A DNA stretch of 63,744 nucleotides, the filler included, from Eubacteriales bacterium (GTDB lineage Bacteria > Bacillota > Clostridia > Oscillospirales > CAG-382): assembly GCA_045636665.1 (NCBI GenBank). It is 4 parts of 4 records of this genome, joined end to end, with 100 filler letters (N's around TTAATTAATTAA, not from the genome) between each part and the next. Parts side by side here need not be neighbours in the genome. Positions count along the whole stretch, not along the records: positions 31,067 to 56,489 come from JAZTXY010000117.1; positions 56,590 to 60,663 come from JAZTXY010000125.1; positions 60,764 to 63,744 come from JAZTXY010000134.1; 1 more part is not named here. One strand, written 5' to 3'. The notes beneath the pieces are model-generated. The model saw only the letters and a list, made by a program, of their open reading frames with translations. It was not told where the DNA came from and ran no database searches. The first letter of the stretch is position 1. Every line of letters starts with the position of its first letter. Of the stretch, positions 55,845 to 63,744 are shown one piece after another. The position numbers were made by a program, and so were the translations under genes.

Positions 55845-56219
55845 ATGTCTAATGAGATAAATAAATTCGAGTTAATTTGCTATTCAACAGGACAATATCA
55901 AGGCCAAGTTATTTGTTTGTCTTACGAAAGCATTCACTCCTATATTCATATTGTTGAAAATGAATTATTAAAAAATAACATACACCGAGCGAACATACTT
56001 ATTGATCAATTGCTTATAACAGGTAATAATAAAAATCGCTTCTTATCAATCGAGTTTGACAACGGAAACTTCCTTTTCTCAACAGCAATAAATATCAATG
56101 CTGATGATATATATAGACAATTTACAATTAGTCATTTAAAGAAAAGGAAAGATATACTAACCAATTCTATCTTAACACCACAACAAATATCGTTGATTGA
56201 AAGAGGATGTATCTTTTGA
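55845..56219 (+). CDS. RnlB/LsoB-family antitoxin
   Basis: ILIDQLL.TG...NRF....FD.G pattern typical of RnlB; 124 aa directly downstream of the RnlA-like gene. Confidence 0.78.
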   Translation: MSNEINKFELICYSTGQYQGQVICLSYESIHSYIHIVENELLKNNIHRANILIDQLLITGNNKNRFLSIEFDNGNFLFSTAININADDIYRQFTISHLKKRKDILTNSILTPQQISLIERGCIF

Positions 56220-56239
56220 ATTTCCCTCTGCTTAAAAGC

Positions 56240-56272
56240 GCACTGCACGTAATCCGTGCCAGTGCCCTTTTT
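56240..56272 (+). terminator. Terminator of the toxin-antitoxin operon
   Basis: GCACTG-CACG-TAATC-CGTG-C-CAGTGC plus T-tract. Confidence 0.65.
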
Positions 56273-56439
56273 CTGTTTTTTTATTCGGTTTTAACACACT
56301 CTTATATCTTTACCTATTTCTAAACTTCACAAGTTTTAGAATATATGATAACTTTCATACATTTGCCATCTAAAGACATATAGTTAGTACAAGTTGTTAT
56401 AATTTGTATCTTTTCTTTGTTTACTCCCCACCAACCATT

Positions 56440-56468
56440 GAGGGCGCCGTTACTCGGCGCCCTCTTTT
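56440..56468 (+). terminator. GC-rich terminator hairpin at the islet's right edge
   Basis: GAGGGCGCCG-TTACT-CGGCGCCCTC-TTTT. Confidence 0.75.
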
Positions 56469-56489
56469 AGTTTTGCTTTCTCTTCTGCG

Positions 56490-56589
56490 NNNNNNNNNNN
56501 NNNNNNNNNNNNNNNNNNNNNNNNNNNNNNNNNTTAATTAATTAANNNNNNNNNNNNNNNNNNNNNNNNNNNNNNNNNNNNNNNNNNNN
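56490..56589. other. Artificial contig linker
   Basis: N-run with TTAATTAATTAA. Confidence 0.97.
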
Positions 56590-56606
56590 ATTAAACATAT
56601 TGCCTC

Positions 56607-56636
56607 AAAAAAGTCAGGACAACCAATCGGTTGTCC
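56607..56636 (-). terminator. Terminator of rpsF-ssb-rpsR
   Basis: GGACAACC-AATC-GGTTGTCC with an A-run that is the U-tail on the minus strand. Confidence 0.7.
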
Positions 56637-56647
56637 GCATGGATTAT

Positions 56648-56980
56648 TTAGTCGGTGATATAAGGGATAAGGGCGAGGTGCCTTGCTCTCTTAACAGCGA
56701 TGGTGAGCTGTCTTTGGTGACGAGCGCAAGTACCGGTAACTCTGCGGGGAAGAATCTTGTAACGTTCAGAAAGGTTCTTCTTAAGACGCATAGTATCCTT
56801 ATAGTCGATATAATCTACTTTGTCAGCGCAGTAAGCGCAAACTTTCTTTCTTCTCTTGTTACGGAAGGGAGCACGTGCATTGTCGCGTTGTTCACGAGGT
56901 TCTCTGGTTTCTCTACCTTCGTTCTGTTCAGCAACGGGAGCAACGGTCTCTTCGGTAGCAACTACCTGTTCGTTTTCCAT
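56648..56980 (-). CDS. rpsR: 30S ribosomal protein S18 (N-terminally extended)
   Basis: [27 protein letters not shown]. Confidence 0.96.
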   Translation of the reverse strand: MENEQVVATEETVAPVAEQNEGRETREPREQRDNARAPFRNKRRKKVCAYCADKVDYIDYKDTMRLKKNLSERYKILPRRVTGTCARHQRQLTIAVKRARHLALIPYITD

Positions 56981-57001
56981 GTTATTCTCCTTAAAAATTT
57001 T

Positions 57002-57436
57002 TTAGAAGGGCAGTTCGTCGTCAGCGGAAAGATCCTCAAAACCGGAATCTGCCGAGGGTGTGCTGTAAGTAGGCGAACCGTTAGACATAGAGGGTTGTCC
57101 GGGCATACCGTCACTCTTGCGATCGACGAAAGTGATTTCATCTGCAACGATTTCAACGGTGTAATGCTTTACATTGTTGTTATCGGTCCAATTGTTGTTT
57201 TGAAGAGTACCCGAAATGAGAATCGGTCTGCCTTTGGTAAAATAACGACAAACAAATTCAGCAGTTTGGCGCCAAGCAACGATATCAAAGAAATCGGTTT
57301 TAGGTTGTTCACCTGCGCGAGTAAAGTTTCTGTTTACAGCGATGCGAAATCTTGTAACGTTTGTGCCATTTGTGGTAGTCTTCAATTCAGGGTCAGCGAC
57401 AAGGTTGCCGACAAGGATAACTCTGTTGAATGCCAT
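57002..57436 (-). CDS. ssb: Single-stranded DNA-binding protein
   Basis: NRVILVGNL..DPEL, VAWR..AE, C-terminal DDELPF. Confidence 0.96.
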   Translation of the reverse strand: MAFNRVILVGNLVADPELKTTTNGTNVTRFRIAVNRNFTRAGEQPKTDFFDIVAWRQTAEFVCRYFTKGRPILISGTLQNNNWTDNNNVKHYTVEIVADEITFVDRKSDGMPGQPSMSNGSPTYSTPSADSGFEDLSADDELPF

Positions 57437-57469
57437 GGTGTTACCTCACTTATTCAGCGAAAGAATTCA

Positions 57470-57757
57470 TTACTGTTCGCAATTTACGATGAGCGAACGA
57501 AGAATGCCGTCGGTAATATTATAAATTCTGGAAAGTTCGCTCGGAAAATCGGGAGCCGATGCGAATTTAACGAGAACATAATAGCCTTCAGTCAAATCTT
57601 CGATGGGGTACGCGAATCTTCTGTTGCCCCACTCGTTAACGGTTTCAACTTCTGCGTTTGCACCGATGAGCGAGGTAAACTTTTCAACAAGTGCCTTAAC
57701 TGCTTCTTCGCCGAGAGCACTGTTGACAACGAAAATTGTTTCGTACTTAGTCATCAT
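57470..57757 (-). CDS. rpsF: 30S ribosomal protein S6
   Basis: KYETIF, WG.RR.AYPI, EGYY; RBS AAGGAGGTG. Confidence 0.96.
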   Translation of the reverse strand: MMTKYETIFVVNSALGEEAVKALVEKFTSLIGANAEVETVNEWGNRRFAYPIEDLTEGYYVLVKFASAPDFPSELSRIYNITDGILRSLIVNCEQ

Positions 57758-57811
57758 TCTACACCTCCTTCTGGACTTTGACTCCACCGCGTTTGGATGG
57801 AGTAAGGAGAA
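57758..57811 (-). promoter_or_regulatory. S6:S18 autoregulatory leader RNA
   Basis: Minus strand CTCCTT...ACTCCATC/GGTGGAGT hairpin...AAGGAG; the anti-SD pairs with the SD as in the known rpsF leader. Confidence 0.7.
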
Positions 57812-57836
57812 AACTTAAAGTTTTCATATCTAAAAT

Positions 57837-57865
57837 ATTATATCACGCAAAAAACTGTTTGTCAA
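57837..57865 (-). promoter_or_regulatory. SigA promoter of the rpsF operon
   Basis: Minus strand perfect TTGACA-17 nt-TATAAT with extended -10. Confidence 0.85.
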
Positions 57866-57888
57866 CATATTTTTTGCTAATATACAAA

Positions 57889-59001
57889 TTAAGCTTGGTT
57901 GTATCTCTTCAAAAGACGACGGATTCTTGCCGCACTGTCGAGAAGGGGCGAGATGGATTCGTCATTGTTGAGGGTGCAAAGAATCTTTGCGATAAACTTG
58001 GACATATCAACCTGTACGAACCAAGGACGTTCAAGCAATTCCTTGGGTGCATAGGTAAGGTTGGTGGAATAGAGCTTCTTGAGCTTGCCTTCTTCGTAAA
58101 GCTTGTCGAACTTTTCGAGACCGCTTGTGAAGAATGCAAAGGAAACAGCGGCATAAACGTCGCTTACGTTTTGCTTCTGAATCTCATTGATTACGTCGAT
58201 TACCGATTCGCCGGAAGCGATCATATCGTCGATAATAAGAACGCGCTTGCCTTCAAGAGGACCGCCGATATATTCGTGCTGAACGATCGGGTTTTTGCCG
58301 TTAACGATTCTGGAATGGTCTCTTCTCTTATAGAACATACCAACGTCGAGGCCGAGAACGTTTGCGTAATAAATAGCTCTGTCCATAGCGCCGGTATCGG
58401 GGCTGATGACGGTCATATTATCCTTGAAAATATCGTCACCTTCGTTTTGGATGAAGCGCTTAAGCATCGAATAGGTGGGATAAATGTTTTCAAAGGAAGT
58501 GCCGGGGATAGCATTGTAGATGGTAGAGTCGTGAGCATCAAAGGTAAGGATGCAATCTACGCCGAGATTTTGAAGTTCTTCAAGCGCCTGTGCGCAGTCG
58601 AGAGATTCTCTGCCTTTTCTCTTGTGTTGACGGGAAGAATAGAGAAGGGGCATCAAAACGGTGATTCTGCTTGCTTTGCCGCCGATAGCGGAAAGAACGC
58701 GCTTGATATCACGGAAGTGATCATCGGGACTCATTCTGTTTTCGTAACCGAAAAGGTTATATGTGCAACTATAATTGCCGATATCGCAGAGGATATAAAT
58801 ATCTCTGCCTCTGACAGAGTCTTGAATTTTGACTTTGCCTTCACCGTTGCTAAAACGTACTTCCTCAATGGGAATAATGTAGCTGTCTCCGTCATCCTCA
58901 TTTCTTAATTGACGGATAAATTGGTCCACTTCACTACCAAGCTGAGCACAGCTTTTAAGAACAATGAGACCCATTTTTCCATGGTGTTGATTCTGCGCCA
59001 T
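57889..59001 (-). CDS. prs: Ribose-phosphate pyrophosphokinase
   Basis: RFSNGEGK, SRQHK, D.H, SPDTG, IIDDMIASG. Confidence 0.92.
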   Translation of the reverse strand: MAQNQHHGKMGLIVLKSCAQLGSEVDQFIRQLRNEDDGDSYIIPIEEVRFSNGEGKVKIQDSVRGRDIYILCDIGNYSCTYNLFGYENRMSPDDHFRDIKRVLSAIGGKASRITVLMPLLYSSRQHKRKGRESLDCAQALEELQNLGVDCILTFDAHDSTIYNAIPGTSFENIYPTYSMLKRFIQNEGDDIFKDNMTVISPDTGAMDRAIYYANVLGLDVGMFYKRRDHSRIVNGKNPIVQHEYIGGPLEGKRVLIIDDMIASGESVIDVINEIQKQNVSDVYAAVSFAFFTSGLEKFDKLYEEGKLKKLYSTNLTYAPKELLERPWFVQVDMSKFIAKILCTLNNDESISPLLDSAARIRRLLKRYNQA

Positions 59002-59170
59002 AATTACACTCCTTGCTTTTGCTGTTTTAGGTACTCCTATTTTACATAAAAAAACAAGATTTGTATATTGACTTATTTAACAAAAAAAATCTAATTTGTG
59101 AAAATTTAATATAGTTTTGACTAAATATGATACTTACGTAATATTTCGGCGCGATTTTTGGAAAATTCAA

Positions 59171-59199
59171 TTGACATTTAAATTAATTTATGTTATCAT
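59171..59199 (+). promoter_or_regulatory. SigA promoter of recA
   Basis: TTGACA-17 nt-TATCAT with extended -10. Confidence 0.78.
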
Positions 59200-59203
59200 A
59201 ATT

Positions 59204-59217
59204 AGAACAAAAGTTCG
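59204..59217. promoter_or_regulatory. LexA/SOS (Cheo) box
   Basis: AGAACAAAAGTTCG matches the Firmicutes GAAC-N4-GTTC consensus, between the promoter and RBS of recA. Confidence 0.85.
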
Positions 59218-59234
59218 CGTGGAGGTTGTGCTTT

Positions 59235-60293
59235 ATGGCAATCAAAGATACGAAAATCGACAGCAAGAAAATGGCTCTTGAAACAGCTCTTGCACATATT
59301 GAAAAACAGTGTGGCAAAGGTGCTATAATGCGTCTTGGTGAAAATGCTGGTATGGAGGTTAAAAGTGTTCCTACCGGCTCGCTTTCTCTCGACGTGGCAT
59401 TGGGAATCGGCGGTGTACCCAAGGGCAGAATTATTGAAATATTCGGCCCGGAATCTTCGGGTAAAACTACACTTGCGCTTCATATAATTGCAGAGGTTCA
59501 AAAGCAGGGCGGAGAAGCTGCTTTCATTGATGCAGAACATGCTCTTGACCCGATTTATGCTCGAGCTTTGGGCGTTGATACAGACTCCTTGCTTGTTTCA
59601 CAGCCCGACTACGGCGAACAGGCGTTGGAAATAACCGAAGCATTGGTTCGCTCCGGTGCTGTTGATGCGGTCGTTGTCGACTCTGTAGCAGCACTCGTTC
59701 CGAAGAATGAAATCGATGGTGATATGGGCGATTCTCACGTTGGTCTTCACGCAAGATTGATGTCTCAGGCTTTGCGTAAGTTATCGGGCGCTATTGCTAA
59801 ATCCAGCTGTATCGTTATTTTCATAAATCAGCTTCGTGAAAAGGTTGGTGTTGTTTACGGAAATCCCGAAACCACAACCGGCGGACGTGCGTTGAAGTTT
59901 TATGCTTCGGTTCGTTTGGACGTTCGTAAATCCGAACAGCTTAAAAACGGCAGTGAAATTATCGGTAACCACGTTAAGTGTAAGGTTGTTAAAAACAAGG
60001 TTGCGCCGCCCTTTAAAACTGCTGAATTCGATATAATTTACGGCAAAGGCATTTCAAAGGAAAGCGAAATTATCGAGCTTGGCGTAGCTTGCGGTATAAT
60101 TGATAAGAGCGGTTCTTGGCTTTCCTATAACGGCGAAAAATTGGGTCAAGGCAAGGATAAGGTTCGCGCTTTGCTTGAAGAAGATGAAGCTTTGGCGGCA
60201 GAGCTTTGCGAAAAGATTATGGCGCATTTTTCCGGTAACGACGTTGAATGTTATGAAACCGTAAACGCCGAAGATTTGTTTGACGAAGAATAA
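59235..60293 (+). CDS. recA: Recombinase A
   Basis: [42 protein letters not shown]. Confidence 0.99.
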   Translation: MAIKDTKIDSKKMALETALAHIEKQCGKGAIMRLGENAGMEVKSVPTGSLSLDVALGIGGVPKGRIIEIFGPESSGKTTLALHIIAEVQKQGGEAAFIDAEHALDPIYARALGVDTDSLLVSQPDYGEQALEITEALVRSGAVDAVVVDSVAALVPKNEIDGDMGDSHVGLHARLMSQALRKLSGAIAKSSCIVIFINQLREKVGVVYGNPETTTGGRALKFYASVRLDVRKSEQLKNGSEIIGNHVKCKVVKNKVAPPFKTAEFDIIYGKGISKESEIIELGVACGIIDKSGSWLSYNGEKLGQGKDKVRALLEEDEALAAELCEKIMAHFSGNDVECYETVNAEDLFDEE

Positions 60294-60294
60294 A

Positions 60295-60663
60295 ATGTTT
60301 ACTGTAACACGTATTTATAAAGACGAAAACAGTAACGAAGCTACGGTAATTTGCGGTGGCGAAAGTTATCGCATAACTGTTCATGAGCTCGAAACGTTAG
60401 GATTGGAAGAAGGCGCAGAAATCGACGAGGAAACTGTTGAATTATTAGCCTCTGCGGTTTTGAGACTTTCGTGTATTAAAAAGGCGTGTGATTTTCTTTC
60501 TTACGGTGATCTTTCCGAAAAGCAACTGCGTGATAAGCTGTGCAGAAAATTTCAGAAAGAGCTTTCTCCGGATGTTGCCCCGTTGTTTGTTGAACGTGGA
60601 TACGTTAATGATAACACACTTGCAAAACGTTATGCGGAAACCTTTTACGAGTTCAAAAATATG
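60295..60663 (+). CDS. recX: Regulatory protein RecX (3'-truncated)
   Basis: A..FLS....SEKQL..KL and GYVND...A; follows recA. Confidence 0.8.
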
Positions 60664-60763
60664 NNNNNNNNNNNNNNNNNNNNNNNNNNNNNNNNNNNNN
60701 NNNNNNNTTAATTAATTAANNNNNNNNNNNNNNNNNNNNNNNNNNNNNNNNNNNNNNNNNNNN
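60664..60763. other. Artificial contig linker
   Basis: N-run with TTAATTAATTAA. Confidence 0.97.
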
Positions 60764-61059
60764 GTATGGCGGCGCACCTTGCGGGCGCGGTTGCGGCTAA
60801 CACAACTCTCCCCGTCATCGGTATCCCCTGCAAGGGTCCCGTGCTCGACGGTATGGATGCTTTGCTTGCCACCGTTCAAATGCCCACAGGCATTCCCGTT
60901 GCTACCGTTGCAATCAACGGCGGCGCAAATGCGGCACTCCTTGCGGCTCAAATCTTGGCGGTCGAGGATAAAGAGCTTGCCGAAAAGCTCGATGCAAAGC
61001 GTGTAAGCGATGCAAACGCGGTTTTGGAAAAAGATGCTGAAATAATGACAAGATTATAA
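60764..61059 (+). CDS. purE: N5-CAIR mutase PurE (5'-truncated)
   Basis: [25 protein letters not shown]. Confidence 0.93.
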
Positions 61060-61089
61060 TAAAGACTTAAATACAGGAGATAAAAAATT

Positions 61090-61770
61090 ATGAAACTCGT
61101 TTATACCGGTAAAACCAAAGACGTATTCGCACTTGACAACGGCAACTATCTTCTCAAATTCAAGGATGACTGCACCGGCAAGGACGGCGTGTTCGATCCC
61201 GGTGAAAATTCTGTCGGCCTTACCATCGACGGCGTTGGTGACGTAAACGTTCGTATGTCCATCTACTTCTTCGAAAAGGTTAATGCTGCAGGCATCAAGA
61301 CCCACTACGTCAGCGCTGACCTTGCAAACACCACGATGGAGGTTCTTCCCGGCAAGGTATTCGGCAAGGGCTTGGAGGTTATCTGCCGTCATAAGGCAGT
61401 CGGCTCCTTCTACCGCCGCTACAGTGATTATTGCGAACTCGGTCAGGACCTTCCCGCATACGTTGAAACTACCTTTAAGAACGATGAAAAGGGCGACCCC
61501 CTCGTTACCAAGGACGGTCTTGTTGACCTCGGCGTTATGACTGCTGAACAATATGACGATATTAAGGTAATGACTCAGAAGATTACTCAAATCGTTGCTG
61601 ACGACCTTTTGGAAAAGGGACTCGTTCTTTACGATATCAAGTTTGAATTCGGTTACGATGCAGAAGGCAAGGTAATGCTTATCGATGAGATCGCATCCGG
61701 CAATATGCGCGTTTACAAGAATGGGGAATATATCGATCCCATGACCCTTTCGGAACTCTTTTTCGCATAA
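61090..61770 (+). CDS. purC: SAICAR synthase
   Basis: [26 protein letters not shown]. Confidence 0.93.
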   Translation: MKLVYTGKTKDVFALDNGNYLLKFKDDCTGKDGVFDPGENSVGLTIDGVGDVNVRMSIYFFEKVNAAGIKTHYVSADLANTTMEVLPGKVFGKGLEVICRHKAVGSFYRRYSDYCELGQDLPAYVETTFKNDEKGDPLVTKDGLVDLGVMTAEQYDDIKVMTQKITQIVADDLLEKGLVLYDIKFEFGYDAEGKVMLIDEIASGNMRVYKNGEYIDPMTLSELFFA

Positions 61771-61795
61771 AAACTAAGAAAGCAAGGTTTATCCC

Positions 61796-63220
61796 ATGGG
61801 CGGATTTTTTGGCATAGTTTCAAAGCGCGATGCTCTTGCCGACGTTTTCTTCGGCACCGACTATCATTCGCATTTAGGTACCCGCCGCGCAGGCGTTGCC
61901 GCGTATGATGAAAAAATCGGGCTTCAGCGCGTAATTCATAATATCGAAAGCACACCCTTCAGAACCAAGTTTGACCACATACTCGAGGATATGCACGGTA
62001 ATTCGGCAATCGGCTGTATTTGCGATTCCGATCCTCAACCTCTGCTTATCCGTTCGCGTCTCGGCATCTATGCTCTTTGCTTTATCGGTACTATCAATAA
62101 TGCAAAGAAGCTTATCGACCTTTGCCTTGAATCGGGTCACGACCATTTTGATGCAATGACGGGCGGCGCGGTCAATACGACCGAGCTTCTTGCGGCATTG
62201 ATAAATCAAAAGCACGACCTTGTCGAGGGTATCCGCTTCGCGCAGGAATCGATCGAGGGCTCTGCTTCGATTTTGATGCTCTGTAACGACGGTTCCTTGA
62301 TAGTTGCGCGTGACAGACTCGGCAGAACACCGATTCACATCGGAAAAAGCGATGACGGATACAGCGTTTCGTTTGAATCGTTCGCATTTGAAAAGCTTGA
62401 TTACGTCGATGAACTCGAACTTGGCCCCGGTGAGATACTCAGGGTGTCCACAGACGGAATAACCCAATTATCAAAGCCGCTTAACAAAAAGCGTGTCTGT
62501 GCTTTCCTGTGGTCGTATTACGGATATTCAACCTCGGATTACGAGGGCGTAAACGTCGAAATGATGCGTTACCGCAACGGCGAAATTATGGCGGAAGCAG
62601 ATATGGCGACGGGACTCTATAACGATATCGATTATGCATGCGGCGTTCCCGATTCGGGCACTCCCCACGCTATCGGTTATGCCAACAAAAGCCGCATCCC
62701 CTTTGCTCGTCCTTTTATAAAATATACTCCCACCTGGCCGCGCAGCTTTATGACAGCGCGTCAAGCAGAACGGTCCAAGGTCGCAAAAATGAAGCAGATA
62801 CCCGTTAAAGACCTTATCGAGGGTAAAAGCTTGCTGTTCGTGGACGATTCGATCGTTCGCGGCACCCAACTTAAAGAAACGGTCGACTTTCTTTATGAAA
62901 ACGGCGCAAAAGCAGTCCATATGCGTTCTGCTTGTCCGCCTATTATGTACGGCTGTAAATTCCTCGATTTTTCGCGTAACCGTGACGATATGGAGCTGCT
63001 TGGCAGACGTATCATTATGGAGCTTGAAGGCGAAGAGGGCTTTAAATATATTAACGAATACAGCGATTCTTCAACTGAACGAGGCAAGAACTTCAGAAAA
63101 GCAATTTGCGACAAGCTCGGCTTTGCTTCACTCGAATTTCAATCTCTTGAAGGAATTATCAATGCAATCGGTATCGACGAATCCGAACTCTGTACCTATT
63201 GCTGGAGCGGAAAGGAATAA
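61796..63220 (+). CDS. purF: Amidophosphoribosyltransferase (MGGFFG-type, no N-terminal Cys)
   Basis: ARD.LG..P, GVPDSG, PRPP loop [10 protein letters not shown]-terminal CTYC; pur operon context. Confidence 0.9.
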   Translation: MGGFFGIVSKRDALADVFFGTDYHSHLGTRRAGVAAYDEKIGLQRVIHNIESTPFRTKFDHILEDMHGNSAIGCICDSDPQPLLIRSRLGIYALCFIGTINNAKKLIDLCLESGHDHFDAMTGGAVNTTELLAALINQKHDLVEGIRFAQESIEGSASILMLCNDGSLIVARDRLGRTPIHIGKSDDGYSVSFESFAFEKLDYVDELELGPGEILRVSTDGITQLSKPLNKKRVCAFLWSYYGYSTSDYEGVNVEMMRYRNGEIMAEADMATGLYNDIDYACGVPDSGTPHAIGYANKSRIPFARPFIKYTPTWPRSFMTARQAERSKVAKMKQIPVKDLIEGKSLLFVDDSIVRGTQLKETVDFLYENGAKAVHMRSACPPIMYGCKFLDFSRNRDDMELLGRRIIMELEGEEGFKYINEYSDSSTERGKNFRKAICDKLGFASLEFQSLEGIINAIGIDESELCTYCWSGKE

Positions 63221-63225
63221 TTATC

Positions 63226-63744
63226 ATGCATAACGAATCCAGATCTGAAAGCTACGCAGCGGCAGGCGTTGATATTACCGCCGGCTACAAGGCTGTTGAA
63301 CTTATGAAAAAGCATATCGCGCGTACCCGTAACGACGGCTGTCTTGACGACGTCGGCGGTTTCGGCGGATGCTTCGGACTTAATATCGCGGGTATGGAAG
63401 AGCCGGTTCTCGTTTCGGGTACCGACGGTGTTGGCACCAAGCTCAAGCTCGCTATCCTTATGGACAAGCACGATACTATCGGTATCGACTGTGTTGCAAT
63501 GTGCGTAAACGACGTTGTTTGCGTCGGCGCAAAGCCCTTGTTCTTCCTTGACTATATCGCTTGCGGTAAAAACTATCCCGAAAAGATTGCCGAATTGGTT
63601 GCAGGCGTTGCAGAGGGCTGCGTTCAGTCGGGTGCTGCTCTTATCGGCGGTGAAACTGCTGAAATGCCCGGTTTCTATCCAATAGATGAATACGACCTTG
63701 CAGGCTTTGCGGTTGGTATGGTAGATAAATCAAAGGGGTTTGAC
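63226..63744 (+). CDS. purM: Phosphoribosylformylglycinamidine cyclo-ligase PurM (3'-truncated by window edge; absent from the ORF track)
   Basis: Translates as [17 protein letters not shown]..., [42 protein letters not shown]. Confidence 0.95.
   Translation, partial: MHNESRSESYAAAGVDITAGYKAVELMKKHIARTRNDGCLDDVGGFGGCFGLNIAGMEEPVLVSGTDGVGTKLKLAILMDKHDTIGIDCVAMCVNDVVCVGAKPLFFLDYIACGKNYPEKIAELVAGVAEGCVQSGAALIGGETAEMPGFYPIDEYDLAGFAVGMVDKSKGFD

Larger units (their letters stand above)
54310..56420. mobile_element. AT-rich horizontally acquired islet at the 3' end of tRNA-Pro
   Basis: Abrupt drop in GC and change in codon usage relative to flanking genes; no integrase visible. Confidence 0.7.

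Noticed and set aside
54252..56489. Integrase or transposase for the tRNA islet
   Set aside because: No such ORF is present before the contig end.
56870..56980. N-terminal extension of S18 with short RE-x repeats
   Set aside because: Low-complexity N-terminal extensions of S18 are common.
1..63744. CRISPR arrays, rRNA genes, prophage genes, riboswitches
   Set aside because: No repeat-spacer arrays, rRNA-like stretches or phage structural genes were seen; the pur operon leader is lost in the contig gap.

Overview
This window looks like a draft or metagenome-assembled genome of an anaerobic Firmicute (Clostridia-type gene order, sporulation genes yabP/yabQ, Firmicutes SOS box). It contains four contigs joined by artificial N-TTAATTAATTAA-N linkers (30967-31066, 56490-56589, 60664-60763), so adjacency across those points is not biological. 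Contig 1 is mostly housekeeping: smc-ftsY-rdgB-cdaA-cdaR-recJ-rel-dtd-hemZ, yabM-mazG-hup-yabO-yabP-yabQ-divIC-S1, hpf, a Clp ATPase, ylxM-ffh-rpsP-khpA-rimM-trmD, HPr-uvrC-rsmD-coaD and an enolase-superfamily enzyme. Contig 2 carries an HdrA/MvhD/Flx redox cluster followed by a soluble fumarate-reductase-like pair and an AspT/YidE transporter, an ECF sigma/anti-sigma cassette, an acyltransferase/GT8 operon and tRNA-Pro(TGG). Contig 3 holds rpsF-ssb-rpsR, prs and recA-recX, and contig 4 holds purE-purC-purF-purM. The two most striking items are both at the tRNA-Pro locus. (i) An AT-rich islet encodes a viroplasmin-RNase HI-RnlA(HEPN) fusion toxin plus an RnlB-like antitoxin, a probable anti-phage system with its activator built in. 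(ii) A truncated second tRNA-Pro copy has its D-loop interrupted by a ~115-nt highly structured insertion. All calls come from motif and pattern recognition by eye; no searches were run.
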